Positions 1 through 10,098 of a stretch of 64,000 bases of DNA are shown here, piece after piece. The stretch is taken from NCBI GenBank assembly GCA_021324115.1, contig JAJPJS010000016.1, forward strand, positions 76,376 to 140,375, read 5' to 3'. This DNA is from Nitrososphaerota archaeon. GTDB lineage: Archaea; Thermoproteota; Nitrososphaeria; Conexivisphaerales; DTJL01. Made by a program: the position numbers and the translations under genes. Position 1 is the stretch's first letter. Each line of letters begins with the position of its first letter. The notes beneath the pieces are model-generated. The model had not been told where the DNA came from. It worked only from the letters and a program-made list of their open reading frames with translations, and made no database searches.

Positions 1-847
1 AAAATCCATTTTCTCTCTGGAATCCAGCATCCTGAAGTGCCGACACGGCATCCTTCGTTTCCCCTACCATGGCGTAAACCCGGCCGCCACCTGTCCAGGA
101 CTTTGTAATTTCGGTGAGCATCCCGGAGGTGGTGGAAGGGCTCCCGCAAATGAATGACACCATCAATGACTTCTCCTTGCCAACTTGTCTGCTACCCACC
201 ACCACAGAGAAATTTTCGTACCTTTCATTATTCTTCACGTCCGGAAGGAAGACCAGCCCTTCTCTAAGCAATCTTCTGTACCCATATTTTGCAAATGACC
301 TCACCGTCCAACCTAGTGCAAAATTTCCCATCGTTGCTGCGTACTCCGGCGAATGCCTTACCCCACTCCTGAAAATTGCCAACTCAGTCGATCCAGCCAT
401 TCTTATGGGAATCCCCACACTTCGTTCGGCCTTTCCCTTTTCCCATTCGTACAAACCGAAGGAGCCTACCCTTTCCATCTTCATTCTTGCTATCTGCCTG
501 TGCGCGGTGTAGTTATCTTCAGCACTTAATAGGCCAGCCCACTTCATTCCGATTTTTCGAGCATAATTCAGAGCGTGCCGTCCAAGCAGTGTGGCCACGC
601 CCCTTCCCCTCATCTCAGGTTTCACCCGCACTCCCTCCAGCCACGCCATTCCTTCATCAAGAAACCTCACATGGTTCATCCCGACAGGTTCACCGTTACA
701 GGTTGCAACGAATATCCTTCCATTCGAATCGAGCAGCCATTCATCCCACACTCCTGGCACATAATCCCCCCAAGGCCAGGTCTTCGAAACAAAACGCATC
801 AATGGCTCCTTGTCCTCTTTACGGGCCAGGCGAATGCTGAACTTCAT
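1..847 (-). CDS. GNAT-family N-acetyltransferase (3' end runs off the window)
   Basis: Absent from the ORF track because it has no in-window stop. My reverse-strand translation from the ATG at 847 stays open to position 1: MKFSIRLARKEDKEPLMRFVSKTWPWGDYVPGVWDEWLL...WLEGVRVKPEMRGRGVATLLGRHALNYARKIG. This contains the acetyl-CoA motif A (R-x-x-G-x-G/A). Confidence 0.75.
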   Translation of the reverse strand, partial: MKFSIRLARKEDKEPLMRFVSKTWPWGDYVPGVWDEWLLDSNGRIFVATCNGEPVGMNHVRFLDEGMAWLEGVRVKPEMRGRGVATLLGRHALNYARKIGMKWAGLLSAEDNYTAHRQIARMKMERVGSFGLYEWEKGKAERSVGIPIRMAGSTELAIFRSGVRHSPEYAATMGNFALGWTVRSFAKYGYRRLLREGLVFLPDVKNNERYENFSVVVGSRQVGKEKSLMVSFICGSPSTTSGMLTEITKSWTGGGRVYAMVGETKDAVSALQDAGFQRENGF

Positions 848-909
848 ATCCGTACAACCGCTTGTGATGCGACTCTGTCCACTGTGCAACGCTTATAAGA
901 CTTGCACCG

Positions 910-1959
910 ATGTTCCAGAAGGGACGGGAGGATCCAGGGTTGAACCACTCAAAGAATAAGAAGCAAAGGCAAAAGGGGGACAAAGAACCTCTCAACATAT
1001 TCCCCGGCAACTGGGACGTTATGACACCCTCCCTGCTTAGATCCTATGAACTATGGTTTCCTCAGAGCTGGGACCCCGTGGCGCTCGACTGGTCTCAGCT
1101 CGACGGGGGAAATTTCGACAGAAAGGAGGCTATCAGCCAGGCATACTGGCTTGCGAAGCTAGCCCTCTTTGAAAAGTCAGGTATCGGAGCCTTCGGGCTT
1201 GCCGCACTCCAGGCCGGCAGGCACAACATGGAAGACCCCACCAAGAAATTCCTTGCCGCCGTTACATTCGATGAATGCAGACACGACGAGGTTTGCAGAC
1301 GCGCCTGCTCCAGACTATGCCCGGGATTCCCGTACACGTTCAGACCTTCGAACGACTTTGAGGAAAGGGCGGTTCGGAACATCAACGCCCTTTACGAGAA
1401 TGGAAGGAGATACTGGTCCGCGTTCGAAGAGGCATGGGAAAAATACCCCCTTGAACTCATCTTCTCCAGCTTTTTCTTCGCAGAAATAGGGGCCCAGCTG
1501 ATATTCGGTCAGGTGGCGGATGGGTCAGGGCTCAAAGTGTATCGCGATTCATTCAAGAATATTACGAGGGATGAATCCCGTCACCTCACCGGTACCCTTG
1601 CGATGCTTGAGAGGCTGGCTGCGTCGATGGATGATAAACAAAAAATGATGATCACGAGGCAGATGAAGCATGGCTTCATCTATCTTTCACCCCTTCTTTT
1701 CAAACCTGTAGGCGACTTCTGGGACCTTCCAAGGGATTTCTATGAATCGGATTCGAAGTTTGAGGAGCTTGCAAGTCGCTCGGGCCTCGGCGTGCCTTCG
1801 CTCGAGCAAAGGTCAAAGGCCTGGCTCAATGCAATCGAAAAGCACAGGAAAAGGCTCGAGTCCATGGGAATCGGCGTTCCCAGGATCGAGGAAATAGGTC
1901 TGGAGGGCGTCGATGTCTCGGTGAAAAAGGGTGACGCCATCATAACATCCCCCCTCTAG
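910..1959 (+). CDS. ferritin-like di-iron carboxylate protein (R2/AurF-like oxidase superfamily), substrate unknown
   Basis: 349-aa ORF with two E...ExxH ligand pairs (LFEKSG + FDECRHDE; FFAEIG + TRDESRHL), typical of four-helix-bundle di-iron enzymes. The basic low-complexity first 37 aa suggest the true start may be the ATG at 1021 (MTPSLLRSY). Confidence 0.6.
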   Translation: MFQKGREDPGLNHSKNKKQRQKGDKEPLNIFPGNWDVMTPSLLRSYELWFPQSWDPVALDWSQLDGGNFDRKEAISQAYWLAKLALFEKSGIGAFGLAALQAGRHNMEDPTKKFLAAVTFDECRHDEVCRRACSRLCPGFPYTFRPSNDFEERAVRNINALYENGRRYWSAFEEAWEKYPLELIFSSFFFAEIGAQLIFGQVADGSGLKVYRDSFKNITRDESRHLTGTLAMLERLAASMDDKQKMMITRQMKHGFIYLSPLLFKPVGDFWDLPRDFYESDSKFEELASRSGLGVPSLEQRSKAWLNAIEKHRKRLESMGIGVPRIEEIGLEGVDVSVKKGDAIITSPL

Positions 1960-1966
1960 CGCATCA

Positions 1967-3235
1967 TCATCCTTCCTGGGGCGCCAAACCCACTCCGTAG
2001 TGGGCGTCGAGCACGATGGAGGAAAGCATTACAAGCACACCCGAGAGGAAGAAGGTTATTGCATACCCCAGATAGAGCGAAATGAAACCCGAGGCCAGGG
2101 CCCCCGCAAGAAGCGCGGCACCGTTCAGGGCGCTCCATACGCCGAGCACCGACCCCTGCCTCCCTCCGGGCAGAGCCCTGAAGAGAAGCGTGTTCAGATT
2201 CACATTTATGAAAACGTATGCAGAACCCGTCAGCCCGAACACTATCAGCGATGCCGTGGCAACTTGGAAACCGAAAATGAATATGGATATCGTTGCAGCC
2301 ACGAGCATTCCAAGCGCCCTTACAAGAAGGGCGGCGCTTGCCGTCGAGTGGGATACCTTCCCGCCAACCCTTCTTATCAGCACCCTGGAAAAGACGGCGT
2401 TGACTGTTAGGTTGTAGAGTGACAGGGAGAATATCAGAGGGTCCGAAAGATGATTGGACTGCAGAAACGGGGTATAGGATGTGAAAAAGAGATTTGCGGA
2501 CGCTGAAAAAAGCACTGAAGCGGCGAATATCACAGGCAGCTCCCTTGTCAGACTCCTTCTGGCAGACCTCATCAGATTGGCAAAATCTGACCGGCTCGGT
2601 ACCCTTATGAAAAGAAGGGGTAGCTGGGTAAGCCTGCTCACGAATACCTGGGGAGTGAAGAACAGAGCCCTTCTCTCCATCGGCATCTTGGCATCCTTCA
2701 CGAGGGCGACCGCAAAAAGCACGGCGAACAGGGCCATCCCTGTTGCGGCTACGGTGAAGGTGGACAGTGGAAGCAGAGCCACCCAGGGTATGGCGGCACC
2801 TGTTCCTATAATCTGTCCGAGTGAAGTATACCAGCTCATCGAGGTGAACCCCTTGTCCCATTCATCTTTGGGCAACTTCTCCATGAGCAGAAGGTTGACC
2901 GGTGGGGACATCATTCCGGCCGAGTGGGCGATCAGTGCGTAGAATATCGTCACTCCTATGATTGTCGGGTATACGAACATCCCCGCGCAGGCGGCGAGCA
3001 TGAGCACGCAGGAACCTATGATGATCTTTCTCCTGGAACCCGTGGCATCCGTCACATGCCCCCAGATAAGCGGAGCAGGTATCACCGCTATGTTGTAGGC
3101 CACCAGCACCAGCCCCACCGTAACCACATTTCCGCCTGATGCAAGCACCTGGAGCGGCACGAATGTAGAGAGTGAGGAGAGGACGGCGTTGAAGGGTATA
3201 AGCATTACAAGCCAATTCCTGTCATTCCCGTACAT
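1967..3235 (-). CDS. MFS transporter
   Basis: Multi-TM protein with an MFS motif-A-like loop, WGHVTDATGSRRKIIIG. The ORF is open to 3451, but the first 72 aa are non-membrane filler that would overlap the divergent gene. The ATG at 3235 (MYGNDRNWLVMLIPF) is the more likely start. Confidence 0.75.
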   Translation of the reverse strand: MYGNDRNWLVMLIPFNAVLSSLSTFVPLQVLASGGNVVTVGLVLVAYNIAVIPAPLIWGHVTDATGSRRKIIIGSCVLMLAACAGMFVYPTIIGVTIFYALIAHSAGMMSPPVNLLLMEKLPKDEWDKGFTSMSWYTSLGQIIGTGAAIPWVALLPLSTFTVAATGMALFAVLFAVALVKDAKMPMERRALFFTPQVFVSRLTQLPLLFIRVPSRSDFANLMRSARRSLTRELPVIFAASVLFSASANLFFTSYTPFLQSNHLSDPLIFSLSLYNLTVNAVFSRVLIRRVGGKVSHSTASAALLVRALGMLVAATISIFIFGFQVATASLIVFGLTGSAYVFINVNLNTLLFRALPGGRQGSVLGVWSALNGAALLAGALASGFISLYLGYAITFFLSGVLVMLSSIVLDAHYGVGLAPQEG

Positions 3236-3440
3236 CCGTTCATTCTCCTCTCTGGTTTCAGACAACGAATTCAGTGCCCCGGTTGTTGAAGATTTAATTA
3301 TTCCCCTCTGGCCGCCCACTATGAAGAAGGAAAAATGAGAGATATCGAGTACAAGAGACGGCGTCGGTGCAAATGAGATCGAGGACGCCCGGTCGAGAAA
3401 CATACCAAAATAGGTATGCAAGAAGGGAGGAAGGTCTGGT

Positions 3441-5132
3441 TTGGCAGGCAAGTTGAACCTGTTCGACGTCAGGTATATGCTTACGATCGTTCTTACCGGA
3501 CTTGTTGTTGGCGCCCTCCTCAGTGCGTTCTACATTGCCTTCGACCTGGTCTGGGGTTCGATAATGCCCGTCATTTTGGAGCAGAAACGTCTCACGTTTC
3601 TGTTCACACTACTCGGCCTGAGCCTTTCCTTCGTTCTGGTTTACACATTCACACCTTTGCGCTCGACCATGAGCGGGACCCACGTCATTCTTGAGAAGTA
3701 CCATCTGGGTTCTGGTCAGATGAGCAACAGGGGAGCCATGGTCAATCCGCTTGCAGCATTTTTCACGATCGCGCTCGGAGGCGCGGCTGGGCTTGACGGG
3801 CCGGCGGTGACACTGGGTGGCGGTGTAGCTTCAATATTTTCCCGCGCATTCAGGTTCTCCCCCGACAGAAGGAAGAAAACATTTCTCGCAGGGGTGGCTG
3901 CAGGCATGGCTTCCATATTCAAGGCTCCACTTACCGCCATACTGTTTGCTCTGGAGATCCCATACAGGCGGGACCTCGAAAGGGAAGCATACGTCGAGGT
4001 CGCGATCGCCGCGGTATCTTCATATCTTATAACCGTCGCACTGCTCGGACCACAGTCAATATTCGGAATATTTGTGCAGATTCCGCCGATCACCCTCACT
4101 ACCATAGCCGCCACGCTGCTGCTTTCGTTGATATGCGGCCTTTACGCATTCCTCTTTGTCAGAACATACAATCTGGCAGATGCCGTTGGAAAGCGCTTCT
4201 TTGCCAGAGGGGGGTTCGGGCTTCTGCTCCTTGCAGGTGGTGTCGCGCTTGGGCTCATAGGTTACCTCGACTTCAATGCGATCGGACCCGGTTACAACCT
4301 GGTCACCGGTCTCGCGGACCAGACGGTCGCATACACACTCCTTGGCCTGGTGGCCCTTCTTGTTCTCAGGCTGCTTTCCACCACAATTACACTGACATTC
4401 GGGGGTTCAGGGGGACTCCTGATCCCATCCGTAGTTGAAGGTGCTGTCCTGGGTTATCTCTTTTCCGAGCTCCTTTTTGGAAGTGCGAATCCTCTTTTCG
4501 TGGCAGTAGGCATCGCAGCCATGGTTGCGGCTACGCATAAGGTCATCCTCACACCCATCGCATTCGTCGCAGAGACGCTCGGCCTGGGCGCCGTGGTTCC
4601 CGCCGTCCTTGGGGCGGTCTTTGCTAACTTCGTTTCTGGCGCACAGTCATTCTTCCCGACTCAGCCTTACAGCAAAGTCAAGGAGGAGGAACTGGCACTC
4701 GAAAGGATATTCACGAAGGTCTCAAAGACGTCGCCCTCCGTCCTGGCCAGCCTGACCGTTTCTGACGTAATGACCCATAATCCTGTTACAGTGAACGGCG
4801 GCCTCACGGTGGAGGAGGCACTCAAGGTGTTCGAGAAGGTTCCATACAGAGTATTGCCGATTGTGGATGAACAGAAGCGTCCGGTTGGCATGATTAAGCT
4901 TGAAGACGTCGCCACCGCCCCCCAGAGGATAATGAAGATTCCAATATCAGACCTCTTTTCGGAGGTTCCTTTCACGGTTGCGCCCACGACCCCCCTTCAA
5001 GAGGTTGCCTCAAACATGATAAACGCTGGCTTCGACCATGCCTTTGTGGTTGACGAGGATTACCGCCTGCTTGGTGTGGTTGCAGGTATTGACATAGCAA
5101 GAAAGCTTGTACATTACTACAGCGTATACTGA
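3441..5132 (+). CDS. ClC-family anion channel/transporter with C-terminal CBS pair
   Basis: 563 aa and multi-TM. ClC-like motifs GGAAGLDGPAV and GGSGGLLIPS are present. The C-terminal roughly 130 aa has two CBS-like repeats (VSDVMTHNPVTVN...; ISDLFSEVPFTVAP...VVDEDYRLLGVV). Confidence 0.8.
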   Translation: MAGKLNLFDVRYMLTIVLTGLVVGALLSAFYIAFDLVWGSIMPVILEQKRLTFLFTLLGLSLSFVLVYTFTPLRSTMSGTHVILEKYHLGSGQMSNRGAMVNPLAAFFTIALGGAAGLDGPAVTLGGGVASIFSRAFRFSPDRRKKTFLAGVAAGMASIFKAPLTAILFALEIPYRRDLEREAYVEVAIAAVSSYLITVALLGPQSIFGIFVQIPPITLTTIAATLLLSLICGLYAFLFVRTYNLADAVGKRFFARGGFGLLLLAGGVALGLIGYLDFNAIGPGYNLVTGLADQTVAYTLLGLVALLVLRLLSTTITLTFGGSGGLLIPSVVEGAVLGYLFSELLFGSANPLFVAVGIAAMVAATHKVILTPIAFVAETLGLGAVVPAVLGAVFANFVSGAQSFFPTQPYSKVKEEELALERIFTKVSKTSPSVLASLTVSDVMTHNPVTVNGGLTVEEALKVFEKVPYRVLPIVDEQKRPVGMIKLEDVATAPQRIMKIPISDLFSEVPFTVAPTTPLQEVASNMINAGFDHAFVVDEDYRLLGVVAGIDIARKLVHYYSVY

Positions 5133-5148
5133 GTTTTTTACGTTCATC

Positions 5149-5358
5149 TCATGTGTGCTTCGTGCCGCATTTTTCACACTGTATTATTGGGGGAACGTAA
5201 AGGTGACCACCAAAATATGGTGAGGGCGATTCGTATCCAGCTGTAGCCAGTTTATGCTTGGTCTCCTCTTGGCACTTTGGACACCACACCTCCTGACTGA
5301 AGAAAGGTGCCGGTTTGCCCTCCTCACCTTTCAACCAGGGCTTTTCGGTCATGGACAA
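5149..5358 (-). CDS. small zinc-ribbon protein
   Basis: 69 aa with CPKC...x30...CEKC, a four-Cys ribbon pattern. It is convergent with the ClC gene. Confidence 0.5.
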   Translation of the reverse strand: MSMTEKPWLKGEEGKPAPFFSQEVWCPKCQEETKHKLATAGYESPSPYFGGHLYVPPIIQCEKCGTKHT

Positions 5359-5611
5359 TCCAACTTCGCCGGTGCTAATAAATCTTGACTATACTTGGTC
5401 CGGTAACATCCAATCAGGGCAGTTCTATGATCAAATGCATGTTTCGCAAAGCGCAAACTACTCAAAAAAATCATCCTGTTTCAAAACGGGGGTTCATGAC
5501 CAGTCGCCGAGCAAGCCCGTCAATAGATCCATCTGGACTCTAAAATCTTTCATACCACAAAATATGAAAAGTCGGGCAAGATATTTTAAAAGGCCGGTAC
5601 AACTCCTTCAC

Positions 5612-6781
5612 ATGGAAATTTTTATTCTCTCTGCAGCACGTACCCCGGTTGGCAAGTATGGCAAATCTCTTACAAGCGTTCCAGCCAAAAAACTGGGGGC
5701 AATCGCTGTCAAGGAAGCTCTGATTCGAAGCAGGCTCGAATTCTCCGATATCGATCAAGTAATAGTAGGAAACGCGGTGCAGGCGGGATTAGGACAGAAT
5801 CCTGCCAGGCAGGTGGCGGTGGAATCCGGATTCGGATACAACATAGAAGCATTCACCGTGAACATGGTGTGTGGTTCTAGTCTGAAGGCAGCAATGCTGG
5901 CTTCACAATCCATCAAGTCTGGTGACTCAAACGCGATCGTAGCCGCGGGCATCGAAAGCATGAGTGGTGCCCCCTACTTTGTAAGGGGGGCAAGGTTCGG
6001 ACTGAAGTACAACAACACCACGATGTACGATGCCATGGTCAACGATGGCCTCTGGGATGTTTACTATAATGTCCACATGATCCAGACTGGTGAGGAGATA
6101 GCGAAGAAGTATAACCTAACCAGACAGGAAGTTGATGAATTCGCATACCAGAGTCATATGAAGGCGCACAAGGCTACGGTGGATGGAAGATTTCGTCGTG
6201 AAATTACACCCGTTGATACGAGCGAAGGCAGGCTAAGCGAGGATGAATGCATACGACCCGACACGACACTGGAAAAGCTCGCAAAACTGCCATCGGTTCT
6301 ATCGGGAGGAAAGTTCGTAACTGCCGGAAACGCCTCTCAGCTTAGCGACGGCGGCTCCGCCGTGGTGATTGCGGGGGAAGAAGTTGTAAGGAGGAAAAAG
6401 CTGGAGCCCATGGCAAAGATTCTTGCCTACAACACGGTGGGTGTGGACCCGCTCGCGGTAATGGAGGCCCCGATTCCGGGCGTCAGACAATTGCTCGAAA
6501 AGGCTGGATTCAGCATCTCCCGAGTGGGACTGTTCGAACACAACGAGGCTTACGCTTCTGCAAGCGTTGCTGTGAGAAAAGCGCTCGGCATAGATGAGGA
6601 CAGATTCAACATTCATGGTGGGGCTGTTGCCATCGGCCACCCCCTCGGGGCAAGCGGTACAAGAGTCCTCACCACGCTTCTCTACAACCTCGTGGAGAGG
6701 AAGGAAAGATACGGTGTGGCCACGCTCTGCCTCGGAGGTGGCAATGCGGTAAGCATGTTGGTAGAAAATGTGTTGCTTTAG
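5612..6781 (+). CDS. acetyl-CoA C-acetyltransferase (thiolase II type)
   Basis: Thiolase signatures are present: MEIFILSAARTPVGKYGKSL, NMVCGSSLKA (acyl-Cys), GNASQLSDGGSA, HNEAYAS, HGGAVAIGHPLGASG and CLGGGNAV. The ORF is open from 5315, but homology starts at the ATG at 5612. Confidence 0.9.
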   Translation: MEIFILSAARTPVGKYGKSLTSVPAKKLGAIAVKEALIRSRLEFSDIDQVIVGNAVQAGLGQNPARQVAVESGFGYNIEAFTVNMVCGSSLKAAMLASQSIKSGDSNAIVAAGIESMSGAPYFVRGARFGLKYNNTTMYDAMVNDGLWDVYYNVHMIQTGEEIAKKYNLTRQEVDEFAYQSHMKAHKATVDGRFRREITPVDTSEGRLSEDECIRPDTTLEKLAKLPSVLSGGKFVTAGNASQLSDGGSAVVIAGEEVVRRKKLEPMAKILAYNTVGVDPLAVMEAPIPGVRQLLEKAGFSISRVGLFEHNEAYASASVAVRKALGIDEDRFNIHGGAVAIGHPLGASGTRVLTTLLYNLVERKERYGVATLCLGGGNAVSMLVENVLL

Positions 6782-6871
6782 GAAAATTTTCCAAGTTCTG
6801 TAAGCATTTTCTTAATAAATTATGGGTCATAGTAATATTTATAAGCGCTCAACGTTTTTGTGCAGCTTCAC

Positions 6872-8533
6872 ATGAGTGAGAAGCCTACAGAAAACACTGT
6901 CTCTGATGCTTCTATACCTGCTTCTGCAACCATGGGACGACAAGGCAAACTCCGGAAAGTTCTGAGCATGCAGGATCTGTACTTCCTGTCACTGGGTGGC
7001 ATTATCGGTTCAGGATGGCTGTTCGGCTCACTGAGTGCCGCAGGTGTAGCAGGCCCTGCAGCCATATTTTCCTGGGTCATTGGTGGAATATTCGTACTCA
7101 TCATCGCCCTCACCTGGGCGGAACTTGGTGGAATGATGCCTTCTTCAGGTGCGCTCGCGAGGGTGCCTCAGGCCGCGCATGGGTACTTTGCAGGATTCTA
7201 CTTCGGCTGGGCGTATTTCGTCTCTGCTGTCACTGTACCGCCTGTCGAAGCCATAGCCATCATGACTTACGCAACCTACTACATACCGAGCTTAACCAAA
7301 GGCGGTGTCCTTACACCTGAAGGATACGCAGGGTCCATCCTAGTCATGGTGCTGCTTTTCCTGGCAAATTACTTCGGCATAAATATCTTCCGCAGATTCA
7401 ACACCGGTATTACCTGGTGGAAGCTGGTCATACCTTCTATCACCGTAATACTTGCGATCGCACTTTACTTTACCCTGAATAACTTCACGGGATACCAGGG
7501 TCTTGCACCATTCGGAGCTCCACCAGTGTTCTCGGCAATAGGTACAACCGGAATCGTCTTCTCTTACCTCGGATTCAGGCAGGCCATAGACTATTCTGGC
7601 GAAGCGAAGAACCCGGCCAGGGATGTACCAAGGGCAACGATTCTCTCTGTCGTGACTGGAATAGTTCTCTATACGCTTCTTCAGGTTGCCTTCATCGGCG
7701 GCATAAAGTGGAGTGCGTCCGGCGTTACGGCGGGAGATTGGGCGAGTCTATCAACCAGCGCGAGCAGTGTGTACACAACCGCCCCCTTCGCGGAAATATT
7801 CGCGGTCGGTGGACTTACCATATGGGCCGCAATCCTACTTCTGGATGCCGTCATTTCTCCGGCAGGAACGCTCGGAGTCTATACCGGAACATCCGCAAGA
7901 ATACTGTTCGCACTTTCAGAAGGTGGTCATCTCGGTACCAAAACAGGCGAAGTCCACGAAAGATACAGGATTCCATGGGTGGCTCTCATAGCCAGTCTTA
8001 TCATCGGAATCGTCTTCCTGTTTGCATTCCCCGCATGGGCGCCACTTGCGACAGTTGTCACTTCTACAACAGTCTTCACCTACCTTGCCGGAGCCACGGC
8101 CCTTATGTCGTTGAGGAAGACAGCTCCTGAAATGAGGAGACATTTCAGACTTCCTGCCGCAAGCATCATCGCTCCACTCGGATTCATAATGGCCAGCCTG
8201 ATTGTCTACTGGACCACCTATCCTTACACACTCTATGCATTCATAGCAATCATACTTGGACTGATACTGTTTGCAATCGCACGCTCCCGGGGCGCATACC
8301 CTGTCAACGATATAGCAAAAGGATCATGGATAGTCGTCTACTCAGCCGTGATGGTTGTTCTTTCCTACGTGGGCAGTTATGGACAGGGTTACATTCCATT
8401 CCCATACGATTTCGTCGTAGTGGTCGCGGTCGCACTGATATTCTACTTCTGGGGTACCAGGAGCGGATACGAGACCGAAGACCTCAAGGCGTTGAAGGCC
8501 GCTTCGGCGGCTCAGTCGCAGGCTCAACCTTAG
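6872..8533 (+). CDS. APC-superfamily amino acid permease
   Basis: About 12 TM protein with a typical APC N-terminus, LSMQDLYFLSLGGIIGSGWLFGS. The ORF opens at GTG 6860; the first ATG is at 6872. Confidence 0.8.
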   Translation: MSEKPTENTVSDASIPASATMGRQGKLRKVLSMQDLYFLSLGGIIGSGWLFGSLSAAGVAGPAAIFSWVIGGIFVLIIALTWAELGGMMPSSGALARVPQAAHGYFAGFYFGWAYFVSAVTVPPVEAIAIMTYATYYIPSLTKGGVLTPEGYAGSILVMVLLFLANYFGINIFRRFNTGITWWKLVIPSITVILAIALYFTLNNFTGYQGLAPFGAPPVFSAIGTTGIVFSYLGFRQAIDYSGEAKNPARDVPRATILSVVTGIVLYTLLQVAFIGGIKWSASGVTAGDWASLSTSASSVYTTAPFAEIFAVGGLTIWAAILLLDAVISPAGTLGVYTGTSARILFALSEGGHLGTKTGEVHERYRIPWVALIASLIIGIVFLFAFPAWAPLATVVTSTTVFTYLAGATALMSLRKTAPEMRRHFRLPAASIIAPLGFIMASLIVYWTTYPYTLYAFIAIILGLILFAIARSRGAYPVNDIAKGSWIVVYSAVMVVLSYVGSYGQGYIPFPYDFVVVVAVALIFYFWGTRSGYETEDLKALKAASAAQSQAQP

Positions 8534-9079
8534 GAAGCATCAGCCAAAGCAGATTTTATTTGATACATTCACCTACTGTAAGAGATACTATTAAGATAAA
8601 GATTTGAGTTTTGGCTCATTCTTCTTGGGACACAAATTGAACGAATTTTGGCTCTGATTCTACTGCAACACCGTTTCTGTTAAATAAAGAACCAAGATTA
8701 CCCTATACACCTATCGAGGCATGGGTATTCAAATCATTGAGGGGAGTTTGTTATTTCCCTCAGTGCCCAATCACTTGGCTGGTGCCCCCGCTGGAGGTAC
8801 CCCTGTGTCTTTTCCCTCACAATTCGATCTTTTCTCTTTGTTAGATCTATCTACGGTGTATCTTACATTGGGTCACTGTAGCATGAATGTTTCACCAATC
8901 CTCAAATCTGGTTCATACGATAAAGTTCTAGTTGCCCTGAGTTGCAGTAAAGGATGGTTTTTAGTGACGATATAGCCAATCCTATTCTGGCGAAGAGATA
9001 TGCCTCTCGGAAATTACCTTCATATGCTCGGTTTCTTTTATATTCATCAGGTGTCCCTTTCTTTCAAGGTTGTTCTCAG

Positions 9080-9850
9080 ACCTCAGGCGCTCTTAACTCA
9101 AGCCCTCCTTGAGTTGATTGTCTATCTGATTTCGCTCAATGAGAAACATTGACGGGACGCATCCAATCCCCCATGCTTGTACACAAAAGGAAAAGGACGT
9201 GCCCAGAGGCTGTACTGTACGACGGTCTTTATCTGTACTGTCTGGGCCTGAGTTTAAGGCATGTGGCAAACGCCTTCGAAAGACCCGTTTGTGAAAAGAA
9301 GTCATGTATCCGTATGGAAGTGGATACGGCTGTTCGGTAAGAACACAGTATTCCACAGGAGAAGAGTGACCGCATTCCTGGTTGATGAGACCTACATCAG
9401 CGTAGGTACAAACGAAGCGTGGGTGTGGGTTGCGATGGAACCAATCCACAAACACATCCTAGGAGTGTACCTGTCTATCAAGGCAGAGGAACATCATGGC
9501 TGCGGAGTTCTTTCTGGATGGCCTTGTCAGGATGTACGGAAGACATGTGGTATACACAGATGAAGGTGTATGGTATCCGGACGTATGCAATTCCCTAGGG
9601 GCAGAACACAGGATGCATTCTTACTACGCGAAGAGTCTCATAGAAAGTGTGAACCAATCAATATCTGAAGGTCATGACGGAAGGTTTCGACGATCACATC
9701 CCTGCAGAAGGCAGGGATATAGACTGTCCCATGTCAGGAGATGGTTGAATCTGTTCTGCTCTATGTACAACAAAGGGAGGAAGAAGATCAGGTTCAATCG
9801 ATTAGTGAACCTGATGGATGTGAGACCCTAGGTTAAAAGCGCTCTCTGGT
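9080..9850 (+). mobile_element. degraded IS6-family-like insertion sequence
   Basis: About 770 bp. Imperfect terminal inverted repeats: ACCTCAGGCGCTCTTAAC at about 9080-9097 versus the reverse complement of GTTAAAAGCGCTCTCTGGT at 9832-9850. It encloses a fragmented DDE transposase. I could not find a matching target-site duplication. Confidence 0.6.
9149..9831 (+). pseudogene. IS6-like DDE transposase, multiple frameshifts
   Basis: Pieces lie in three frames (9149-9340, 9261-9563, 9496-9831): LYLYCLGLSLRHVANAF / FVKRSHVSVWKWIRLF...FLVDETYISVGTNEAWVWVAMEP / VVYTDEGVWYPDVC...SLIESVNQ. The D(ETY)...(T)D...E spacing fits IS6. A further shift is needed to read QYLKVMTEGFDDHIP near 9650-9700. Confidence 0.7.
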
Positions 9851-10098
9851 TTATACGAAAATGTAATTTCATGTGTCATTCTTGGAATGAGAGATAGATA
9901 CTTCAATCGCAAAATCTTCGAAACCAAGTCTGTTCTAATATCAATTCCTTCCCTTTCCAAGCAGTAGGAAGAGAGTTTTCTCGGTATTAAGCTCTAGGCG
10001 AATCCTCGTAAGGTGAGTGTCGCCAGCGACCGGACCTAAGATAAGCGCGGACTGGGGTCCCGACGACGTAAATTGAAGGTTAGTGCTGAGTGTAGAGA

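Noticed and set aside
114-898. Three overlapping plus-strand ORFs (132, 154 and 107 aa).
   Set aside because: Their products are low-complexity and Pro/Ser-rich with no motifs. They lie antisense to a continuous minus-strand GNAT reading frame with clear motif A, so I treat them as shadow ORFs.
5315-5611. N-terminal 99-aa extension of the thiolase ORF.
   Set aside because: It has no homology-like sequence and overlaps the convergent zinc-ribbon ORF. The canonical thiolase N-terminus starts at the ATG at 5612.
9149-9831. Programmed ribosomal frameshifting in the IS transposase.
   Set aside because: IS6-type transposases are single-ORF. This one needs at least three shifts in different places and has no slippery motif that I can see. 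That is consistent with decay, not recoding.
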